This document shows, one piece after another, positions 12,324 through 23,100 of a stretch of 64,000 nt of DNA (its first letter is position 1; the number at the start of each line of letters is the position of its first letter). Location of the stretch: positions 186,001 through 250,000 of the forward strand of contig NIVC01000399.1 of the NCBI GenBank assembly GCA_002269645.1, given 5' to 3'. The notes under the pieces are model-generated. The model saw only the letters and a program-made list of their open reading frames with translations, was not told the DNA's origin and searched no databases. The translations under genes and the position numbers were made by a program. This DNA comes from Macrostomum lignano. Lineage: Eukaryota.

Positions 12324-13269
12324 GTCAGTATTCACAGTACATGTACGTACATGTATATGCAGCAATGTTTCTTTTTATAAATAGAGATCGAGCTACAAAT
12401 CATATGTGTCACGGGGTATTTTAATAGGCGCACTCACAAGCTTTTTTTAATATTGGGCCCCACCTGTTTGAGTGGCTAGACGCAATTTTTGCTTCAGTTT
12501 ACATGTACTGTGTACTGCAGTGGTTGCATACATGCATGCTTTCAATAATGTCTCGACACTCATGCAGGTCTTTAGCTGTAACATATAGTATACATGTACA
12601 TGTCAAATGTACATGTATTTAATTACATTTTAAGTAATATAAATGCAATATAATATGCAATATATAAAATGGCGCTCATCTGCATGATTTATTGAAAATT
12701 CCTATTACGACCACTATAGGGTTAAATTTCATGCGCCAACCGATGTTGAAATCTTCCAATTAAAACGCGGCTAATGATGTACATGTACATTACTGTGCAC
12801 TGTAGTACAATATATATAGAGGTACATTGACAGGAAGTATTATTTAAACATGTACTCTGACACGTTCCAGCTGTTTCAGAATTTTATATGCATGTACAGT
12901 ATACATTTAAAGCTGTAATTTACCGTGCGCATGTACACGTACAGTGCATAACATGCATGTACTTTTCAGGTCTCGGTGATCTACGACCTATTCTGTTGTG
13001 TATATAGGTTTCATATGCATGTATATTATTAAGCTTGTACGAGTGGCCTGAAATTTTATCCTTTTTCTTTCCAGTTGCGATATGTAATTGCCTGCATAAA
13101 CTACATGTAGAAGATTAAGATTCGTGAGATCGTTTGCACGAGCCGTGTTTTTAATTTTGATCCTTTCCGTCCCTTAATCAGATTTGATTCGAATTGCATA
13201 TACAAGTCTCAGATGCTGCAATACAAATTTATTTAATCAAAGTACATTTACACTCAGACTAGCTGTATT

Positions 13270-13420
13270 TCCACGATAGGCGCCACGACCTGGGCCCTGG
13301 TTCGATTCGGTGCGCGGTCGGTCAAATTAATTTGGATTTTGGCGTGCAATTTAACCCCCCGAGGACCAACCGAGGAAAGTGTAAATCTTGACGATTAGAA
13401 AGTCATGCAGTTCCAGGGCC
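13270..13420 (+). mobile_element. Diverged SINE family 1-related copy
   Basis: B box GGTTCGATTC at 13299-13308, followed by gtcaaattaattt..cgtgcaatt..gaggaccaacc..aagtgta, colinear with the reverse complement of 1080-1240. Confidence 0.45.
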
Positions 13421-13569
13421 GCGGTAGACCAATTAATTCTATTTACATTTACGTAGCTGGTCTAATGGTTTAGCCTAAAACATTAAATTGGCTTAACCTA
13501 CTCTATTAAGTACCGGACCCAGCGATGAGACGTCACATTTGTTATATTTGGTTCATACATGTAAATTGT

Positions 13570-13870
13570 ATGCTCAACAACATTAAAAAGAGTTGCCAGC
13601 TTTGAGAGTGCGCAGTAAATTCTAGCTCAGTTAATTGACTATTGAGTTGACCGACGCAGAGTTGGCCTGGGTGAGAAGGAATTGGGAAGAAGGGAGGGCG
13701 AAGATTGGATGGATTGAAGCTTCCGCCCGGTTTTCATTGTTATTTTTTCAAGCATTTTTGAATATCAAAATGGTTGGCCAGATGATGGACTCTGGTGAAA
13801 GACACTGCGATCAGTGGAGCAATTATGGGTGGCGACTTTTCAATGTTGCTGAGTATATACGAAAAGCTCT
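13570..13870 (+). repeat. Dispersed ~300-bp repeat (CpG-intact copy); decayed paralog at 9505-9820
   Basis: Shared strings include tctagctcag, gtgagaagg, aagattggatggattgaagcttc, atggttggccagatgat and acttttcaatg. Confidence 0.85.
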
Positions 13871-14166
13871 GAAACAGATCAGGCTTCATTAATGTAAGCA
13901 GCGATTGGCCAAAGCAACACCAAGAAAAGCAGTCATGAAACGATTTGACATCCCATCGCCAGAGAACAACGATTTCATTGTTGCCTTGAGTTTTATAAAA
14001 CTATCGGCAATTCCAATAGTCTGAGTCAATAGCTTTTCGAGGATTTCTGTTCTCTGCTTTAGGATTAGCAGATCATATGTATATTCGAAAACGACAAATT
14101 GGTCATTGTGACACAGTTTTTACAGATTTTGTTCGAGCTGTCTTGTCCATTAACAGGTTAGGCGTG

Positions 14167-14490
14167 TCAGTCTAACTTGTCTAGTTGGTTCAACCAAGCC
14201 GCAGACAGCCGTTTCTTCTTCAACTTGTCCAAATCGTCAATTCTAACGTAGTCCTTGCTCTTCTTGTACTCGACGTCCTTGACCCGCAGCTGGTGGAAAC
14301 GCTTCCCAAAGAACGGGAAGTAGATCTCGTGACCGTTCCAAGCGTCGGTTTGGCGTTTCCGCCGGTGGAGCAGCAGCTGCTGCTGGTTGTCCCGACTGTC
14401 CGGACGATCTTCGCTCAAAACCGGAGAGGCGGGCACGGCGGCTGCGACTGCCACCAGGATGCAGATTAGTAGAGCTTGCCAGGTGCGCAT
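14167..14490 (-). CDS. Secreted neuropeptide precursor (107 aa); predicted mature pQTDAWNGHEIYFPFF-amide
   Basis: N-terminal hydrophobic signal peptide (MRTWQALLICILVAVAAA), then RRKR, a 15-mer starting with Q, GKR (amidation plus cleavage) and a later KKKR site. An upstream non-coding exon has a consensus donor AG|GTAAGT at 14628. Confidence 0.8.
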   Translation of the reverse strand: MRTWQALLICILVAVAAAVPASPVLSEDRPDSRDNQQQLLLHRRKRQTDAWNGHEIYFPFFGKRFHQLRVKDVEYKKSKDYVRIDDLDKLKKKRLSAAWLNQLDKLD

Positions 14491-14760
14491 ATTGTGTCAC
14501 TGGGCTGTTCTCTCGGTTACAAAACAATTGTCTGCCTGGTTTGAATTGGATAATCTTTTCTCAAGAAATTTGAAATCAATCAATTAAAGAGAATTAATAG
14601 GATATATTGAAGCCCTAGCTGACTTACCTCTAGAGCGCCAACTATTCAAATGCAGATTTGAAGTGCCGGCACGGGTGGTGCGTAGGCGTGGGATCTCGCT
14701 TGGATGTGCGGCGGCAGCAGCGAACTGGGAAGGCGCCACCCCCGCGGGTGTGGGCGCAGC

Positions 14761-14790
14761 TTTTATAGCCTGCATAGCAACCAATAGCAG
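14761..14790 (-). promoter_or_regulatory. TATA box plus CCAAT of the neuropeptide gene
   Basis: TATAAAA on the minus strand at 14761-14767, about 135 nt upstream of the donor at 14628. CCAAT at 14781-14785. Confidence 0.5.
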
Positions 14791-15039
14791 GCTCGTATAG
14801 CCGTGAGAAGTGCGTTTTCATTTGAGCAGTGGGACAGATGCAGCCTATGGGAGATTTTTACTGCTGTTGAGTTGGCAGAATTCAGGAGATATCATTTTGT
14901 TTGCGATTTGTACCGATGGCAATTAAAATGGAGAACACTGTTGAAAAATGATTTTAACTTTTTTCTTTGCACTTATTTTTGTACTTTTTCGTTGGCGATA
15001 TAAAGTTAGGTAGAGAACTCGTGCCAATCCAAGGTGGCG

Positions 15040-15635
15040 GTGATTCTAGGAAGCTAAGAGTGATTCAAACAGGCTAAGAATGATTATAGGAAGCTAAGGG
15101 TGATTCTAGGAAGCTAAGAGTGATTCTTGGAAGCTAAGAGTGATTCTAGGAAGCTAAGAGTGATTCTAGGAAGCTAAGAGTGATTATAGGAAGCTAAGAG
15201 TGATTCTAGGAAGCTAAGAGTGATTCTAGGAAGCTAAGAGTGATTCTAGGAAGCTAAGAGTGATTCAAACAGGCTAAGAATGATTATAGGAAGCTAAGGG
15301 TGATTCTAGGAAGCTAAGAGTGATTCTAGGAAGCTAAGAGTGATTCTAGGAAGCTAAGAGTGATTCTAGGAAGCTAAGAGTGATTATAGGAAGCTAAGAG
15401 TGATTCTAGGAAGCTAAGAGTGATTCTAGGAAGCTAAGAGTGATTCTAGGAAGCTAAGAGTGATTCAAACAGGCTAAGAATGATTATAGGAAGCTAAGGG
15501 TGATTCTAGGAAGCTAAGAGTGATTCTAGGAAGCTAAGAGTGATTCTAGGAAGCTAAGAGTGATTCTAGGAAGCTAAGAGTGATTCTAGGAAGCTAAGAG
15601 TGATTCTAGGAAGCTAAGAGTGATTCTAGGAAGCT
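15040..15635. repeat. 20-bp minisatellite (tgattctaggaagctaagag) with a 200-bp higher-order period
   Basis: The variant unit tgattcaaacaggctaagaa recurs at 15061, 15261 and 15461. Confidence 0.95.
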
Positions 15636-16319
15636 GTGGTTTCTGTGATCAAAAAGTGATTCTAAGCTACCACTACTAATACTAAAATCCATTTCGAGGA
15701 ATTCAACCGTTAAATTACAGATAGGGATTCAAGTTTATGCTTCCTAAAAAGGTTAGAACTTTTTCTAAACATTCAATTCATTTCCTTGGCAGCTGAGACA
15801 CCCACTGCGAACCTCTCTCGCAGGTATCGGTGAGACAAACACAGCTAATGCACAGGATTTGTCCTCCTACGCAATATTCGATTTTACGCCCTCGGTGGAA
15901 GCCAATATAGGCTATTTGCATGCACCTCCGGTGTAAACTGCCGCCGCCTCGGGTTTGAGCATGAGGGGCTGAGAAATTTTCTGGAATAAATAGGTTTTGA
16001 GCTAAAAATCCTTTCTGAACGTGGGACGGGTTCTGAGGAGCAGCGGCTTCAATAGCTGAGGCGCCGAGCTATGATCGAGCTAATTTGCAATTCGATGAGG
16101 CTGATTTCTTTTTTCTTTCTGGCATTCCATTATCCATCACCCATCTGGTTCGAAATAAACAATAGAGGTTTAATATTTTTCCACTTTTAGGTGCAGTTAT
16201 CACTTTGTTTTAAGTGTATGAATGGAAGTCATGGGATAAATATTTACCTCTAAACTCTTGCACGTGGCATTTAATAAACAAACATTAAACTGATAAAAAG
16301 TCGCGCGCATAGCACGTGT

Positions 16320-16640
16320 CGCATATTTAACGTTTGCTTCTTGAGCGCAGATGACCTTGAATCACCACGCGACGATCACGTGACGTTTGCTTCTTGAATG
16401 CATATGACCTTGAATCACCACGCGACGATCGCGTGACGTTTACTTCTTGAATGCATATGACCTTGAATCACCACGCGACGATCGCATGACGTTTACTTCT
16501 TGAATAGAGATAACCTTGAATCACCACGCAACGATCGCGTGACTTTTGCCTCTTGAATGCAGATGACTTGAATCACCACATGACGATCGCGTGACGTTTA
16601 CTTCTTGAATGCAAATGACCTTGAGCCACGCCAAGCACGC
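16320..16640. repeat. ~53-bp tandem repeat with an internal palindrome, upstream of the STRA6-like gene
   Basis: Unit gtttacttcttgaatgcatatgaccttgaatcaccacgcgacgatcgcgtgac; about 6 copies. Confidence 0.9.
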
Positions 16641-17186
16641 GATTTTCCAGACTAGACTGAAGTTCAATTCTTTCACAAGGCGTGGAATAAATAGAGATAC
16701 TACTTAGAAATGGACAGTTTTACGCCCTTTCTAAAACGACTTCATTTTTGACGACATCATTACGCTTTTGGTTTCTATACTCAAATTATCGCTCGAATAC
16801 CTGCGACCATATAGCAGTTTGTGTATCGCATTGCGCCAGAGTTTTGTCATGAGCACCGTATGCTCTTTAAACTCTGCACTTCAGTTAGAGAATGTACACA
16901 CGCGCCCATCTTGCGTGCAAATGCGCTCGCGATCCGTTATCTGTCTGCAGCGAAAAGTTAACACTGAAATATCGACAGCCACGGAAGAGAAATTTGGACT
17001 CTGTGAGTTGGTTTTGCTTTATCAGTTTTGTCAGCTTTTTGCAATTTGGCTAAATTCTCGAAAGCCAATGAGTCGAATGGCTCCACTGAGTATATCTTGG
17101 TCTGTTTTGCACTTTCTAACCCGCGCAGCTGTTTTAGACAAAAAGATTTTTGCTTTGACACGGACGAATCAACAAGTATTGAACAG

Positions 17187-20100
17187 ATGCATGAGACCGA
17201 ATTTGAAGAGCAGCTGGCTCGGGTGAGTTGAATGCTCTGATTTGCTGTTCATTCTGCACCAGGCCAACATCAGACTGAAGCAATACCAGTAACAAACTCC
17301 GAAAATTGTCTTTAAAATAATGCTCTTTTTCGTTTCTCCGATGTTCATAGTCATTTATGACCTATTCTTACTGGCATTGTCTGTCACATTCTGCCCACAT
17401 TCTTACTGGCATTGTCTGTCACATTCTGCCCACATTCTTACTGGCATTGTCTGTCACATTCTGATACGTTCTTACTGGCATTGTCTGTCACATTCTGCCC
17501 ACATTCTTACTGGCATTGTCTGTCACATTCTGCCCACATTCTTACTGGCATTGTCTGTCACATTCTGCCCACATTCTTACTGGCATTGTCTGTCACATTC
17601 TGCCCACATTCTTACTGGCATTGTCTGTCACATTCTGCCCACATTCTTACTGGCATTGTCTGTCACATTCTGCCCACATTCTTACTGGCATTGTCTGTCA
17701 CATTCTGATACGTTCTTACTGGCATTGTCTGTCACATTCTGATACGTTCTTACTGGCATTGTCTGTCACATTCTTACTGTCACTGCAATACACTAATCGT
17801 TGCAATAATCGAAATTACCACCGCACCACCGCACTTCACCACCACCGCATTTCAGTCAGATGACCCGGAAGTCCAACAGATGTGGGCATCGGGTGAGCCA
17901 ATGAATGGTCTGTGGGACATGATCAGAATTCAGCTGCAACTGCAACGAACCAAGCTTAACGCTACCGACATCTGTACGGATAAAATCAACATCATACTGG
18001 TGTACGAGTACGCTCTGATCCCAGCCGTGAGTGAGCTCAATATCTCTACTCTACAAGTAATTGTTCGCTTATTACTAAACCCATCGGCTAATGGTTTTAA
18101 TTCTCAGTGTGAAATTTAAGTACCGGTAGAGCGCATTAGAGGATTATCCCCGTTCTGCAGACGGTAGGTTAGCTGAGGCCACAGGGGGGGGGCTTAACAA
18201 GTCTCGGATAGCTGGAATTGCTATGCAGCTCTGCCTCCCCCACATCGGCGAGAAAAGTGCTGTGGCGTAGACAAAGTTGAATTGAGAGTACAAAATGGGA
18301 TGAGAAAGGGAGATGGAAACTAGGAGAGGGCGATGAGAAGTGCGAGAGGGAGAGTGAGACGGAGGGTGAGAGTGAGACGGAGAGTGAGAGTGAGACGGAG
18401 GGTGAGAGTGAGACGGAGGGTGAGAGTGAGACGGAGGGTGAGAGTGAGACGGAGGGTGAGAGTGAGACGGAGGGTGAGAGTGAGATGGAGGTTGAAAGTG
18501 AGACGGAGGGTGAGAGTGAGACGGAGGGTGAGGGTGAGACGAAGGGTGAGAGAGGTAGATAGAGGGTAAGGGAGTGAGATGGGAGGTAGACTGCTGGTGA
18601 GAGAAGGAAACAGGAGGTGAGAGTGAGACGGAGAGAGAGATAGACGTAGGGTTAGAGGTAGGCAGGAGGTGAGAGGGAGCAAGGGAGAAGCAGGGTGCGC
18701 AGAGACGGAGGCAGCTAGCAGGAACAAAACGATTGCGGATGATCAAAAAGCGGCACAAAGATAATAAAAAATGGAGAGGCTTGATTCAGAATCAAAGATG
18801 AGACGACAAGCCCATTAATTACCACGTCTGAATGACGTGCGTCTCGTTGGAATTATACATCCGAAATGAGTTTAAGGTCTCAAAGACTCAGATGAATATT
18901 TTTTCGCAATTTTTGCAATCAGAGTTGAGTAATTTATAAGCAAAAATCTCTCGATCTGGTTCTGCCTAAAATTAGTCATCACGGTACGTGGGAGGCTTCT
19001 GATCCCTCCCCCGCCCTCGCCTCCTCGCCCCCTCCCTCGCCGCGGCTGCAGGAAATGGCAAAGGGAAACTGAGCAGTGCTCAATGCTGCACAAGCAGCGG
19101 AAACGATATTTGCCCGGCGTTTGATTGTCCGCTGTTGCTGCGGAAGAAGCTATAGAAGAAGAAAAAAACTTGTGGAAAATTTAAACTTCAAGAGAACATA
19201 TTCAGAACCATGCGCCTTCCTTTTTGCGTCACGAAGAAAGTTATGGAATATGTTCTAGTAGAATGTATTTTTTATACAATCGATATCTCAACTCCTCTGT
19301 GAGGTTTCTTCGTGCATTCTTCAAGATTTTTGGATCGAAATATTTTCCCTAAAGTTTTTTAACTGAACAATATTTTCATAGCGACCGACTGATACGTTTA
19401 AAATGACAGAGACAGAGTGACAGAGACAGAGTGACAGAGACAGAGTGACAGTGACAGAGTGACAGAGTGACAGAGACAGAGTGACAGAGACAGAGTGACA
19501 GAGACAGAGTGACAGAGACAGTGGCAGAGACAGAGTGATAAAAAAGTTGAAAGTTCCAAAGTATTTTTAGAAGCATATGCCCATGTTTCCAGCCGTCAGT
19601 AAATCTGACGATTGTTAACATGCATTTCATCTCTCCGCCTACTACTCATCAAAACCAGGTAATAATGCTAATTATGGCCTGCTGCTCCATGAGACGGAAG
19701 CGGTTTCTGCCAGATTTTCTCAGTGGCCGGCCTGGACTAGCCCAGTGAGTAGCCAGTCTGACTCAGTGCTCTGCTGCTTGCTTTAGTAACTGATGAACTT
19801 AGCTCGTAGCGGGATAGCGCGTACTTTGATGTAAAAGCATTTTTTCGAATCATAAGAAACCAGTCGCTTTGTTAGCTCGTAATTCGATTTGATTCGATTC
19901 CGTGCGCGGCCAACATAATCTGTACAGCATCACCAATACAAGTGACCATTTTTTATTCGATAGTCCCATGAACATTCTGGAGGATCGAAGCTTCCGATTT
20001 TCCTACGCTTTGGCGTTTGGTATCGCTGCTCAGCTGTGCCACGATCTGCTCTTCGGAGACAGCGATCTTTACAAGCGGTACATCACCAGCCGGCCTGAGG

Positions 20101-23100
20101 GTCAGTTCAAGTTTCTCCACGGTGAGTACGGCATGCTCATGAGAGCATAGTCAAGTCCTAGAGCATGGCGAGGGTTGTAAAGTCGTCGCCAGCCAATAAG
20201 AGACGATAGGAGGGTAAGAGAATGGTGGTGGTTGGAAAAGTCCTCGCCAGCCAATAAGAGACGATTGGAGGATAAGAGAATGGTGAGAAAGTTGGGCAAG
20301 TCCTCGCCAGCCAATTAGAGACGATAGGAGGGTAAGAGAATGGTGGAGGAGTCGGGCAAGTCCTCGCCAGCCAATTAGAGACGATAGGAGGGTAAGAGAA
20401 TGGTGGAGGAGTCGGGCAAGGCCTCGACAGCCAATAAGAGACGATAGGAGGGTAAGAGAATGGTGGAGGAGTCGGGCAAGGCCTCGACAGCCAATTAGAG
20501 ACGATAGGAGGGTAAGAGAATGGTGGAGGAGTCGGGCAAGGCCTCGACAGCCAATAAGAGACGATAGGAGGGTAAGAGAATGGTGGAGGAGTCGGGCAAG
20601 GCCTCGACAGCCAATTAGAGACGATAGGAGGGTAAGAGAATGGTGGAGGAGTCGGGCAAGGCCTCGACAGCCAATAAGAGACGATAGGAGGGTGAGAGAA
20701 TGATGTGGAGTTGACCAAATCCTCGCCAGCCAAGGCTTACTGACTTCCTTCGCTTTTTTCAGTTCTGTATCGAATAAGCGAAATCTGTCTCTACTGCGTG
20801 ATAATGTATCCGATATTCATCACAATTACGAAACGAAATATATTGTTCTTCGGCATGGGCACGATCTACATGTGGGGATTGACTATTATGTCAATTCTGA
20901 GATTAGCCTGGCTGGATTGCGCCGCTCTAACACTGGTGAGAGGCCTGGGATTATACATGATGGAAATCAACATTTTTACCTGGAGGAAAGCTACCCTGTA
21001 GGATTTTTCCCGGCCTTTCTCTGAACCTCTTGATGAGGACCAAAAGTCCGCTCACTGTTCACAAACTCGAAGCTTGAAAATCGCAGAGATTAATTAGGAT
21101 TGGAATAATTTCTGCTAGTAAAGCACGCACTGCACGCCTCCTTTAAATCCGATTCTCCAAAAGAGAATGTAGCTTACATAAATGTTTATATTACAATTAA
21201 CTCTTGCTATGCCTTGCATCAAAGCAAAAAATGATAAAAAGGAAATATGATACAGGTGCAGGAGTACAGATATGGTCAACGTTTTTTAAGCTGCGAGTTC
21301 ATTAGATTCCTGCCATGATTTGCCTGGCATTGAATCCAGCCGAAACCTCTATGCAAAATTCACTTTTGTTTTCCACCGCTCATCTCACTCTTTATCACGT
21401 TCCACACTTCACACTGGCCTTGATATCCACCTCACTCATTGATATCCACCTCACTCATTGATAACCACCTCACTCATTGATAACCACCTCACTCATTGAT
21501 ATCCACCTCACTCATTGATATCCACCTCACTCATTGATATCCACCTCACTCATTGATACCCACCTCACTCATTGATATCCACCTCACTCATTGATATCCA
21601 CCTCACTCATTGATATCCACCTCACTCATTGATATCCACCTCACTCATTGATATCCACCTCACTCATTGATATCCACCTCACTCATTTGATACCCACCTC
21701 ACTCATTGATACCCACCTCACTCATTGATATCCACCTCACTCATTGATATCCACTTCATTTGATATCCACCTCACTCATTTGATATCCACCTTACTCATT
21801 GATATCCACCTCACTCATTGATAACCACCTCACTCATTGATATCCACCTCACTCATTTGTTATCCACCTCACTCATTGATAACCACCTCACTCATTGATA
21901 TCCACCTCACTCATTGATATCCACCTCACTCATTGATATCCATCTCACTCATTTGATATCCACCTCACTCATTTGATATTCACCTCACTCATTGATATCC
22001 ACCTCACTCATTGATGATATCCACCTCACTCATTGATATCCACCTCACTCATTGATATCCACCTCACTCATTGATGATATCCACCTCACTCATTGATATC
22101 CACCTCACTCATTGATATCCACCTCACTCATTGATAACCACCTCACTCATTGATATCCACCTCACTCATTGATATCCACCTCACTCATTGATATCCACCT
22201 CACTCATTGATATCCACCTCACTCATTGATATCCACCTCACTCATTGATATCCACCTCACTCATTGATACCCACCCCCACCTCATTCCTTGATAACCACT
22301 TCGCTCCTTGATACCCATTGATATTCCCTAAAATCAGTCAGATGGAACTAAAAAAGCAGGTTAAAACACCAAGTTGACGAATCAAAGCCCACAGCCGAGT
22401 CCCCCATCCAATTTGCAGGAGTCGCATATCATTATTATGATCAAATTTCTTCCAAGCATCGGCTGCATGCTCGGTCTCTCAGCGATCTTCCCCTATCGAA
22501 TGGTGCAACTCATTCTAGGAAAGAATGCCTCAATGAGAGTAACCAGACTGGAGTATGTCTACCAGGTGGAGTACGTTCGAGACCTTTTCATTAACAAGAC
22601 AGATAGTAGAGACAGGTGAGTTTGCCCTGAAAATTAATAGAAATAACTTTTAGTTACTTTTTCGGTGGCTCCACGAGACCTTGAAACGCTGTAGCAATTG
22701 GTTACTAACCGACTTCACCTTTCATTCAATTGTCAACGCAGTGCTCAAAGCAATTCAGCCAGAGAAAAGCTCAAGCAAGCCCTGAGAGCCATCAGCTATC
22801 AAAGAAGAATTGGATTCCGCTATTCGCCAAGAATAATTTGCACCTATACTGCTGTCGGTATAGTGATCTATATGGTGAGTTCACACTTATTGATCTCACG
22901 GATAATTCTCGCTGAGTGGACACGTCGGACCATGGTTTTAGAATTGGTTAATTCGACGCACGAGGCGTCAAACTTGATGACTGATGCATCAAACTTGATG
23001 ACTGAGGCGTCAAACTTGATGACTGATGCATCAAAATTGATGACTGATGCGTCAAACTTGATGAGTGAGCCGTCATTCTTGATAAATGATGCGTCAAACT

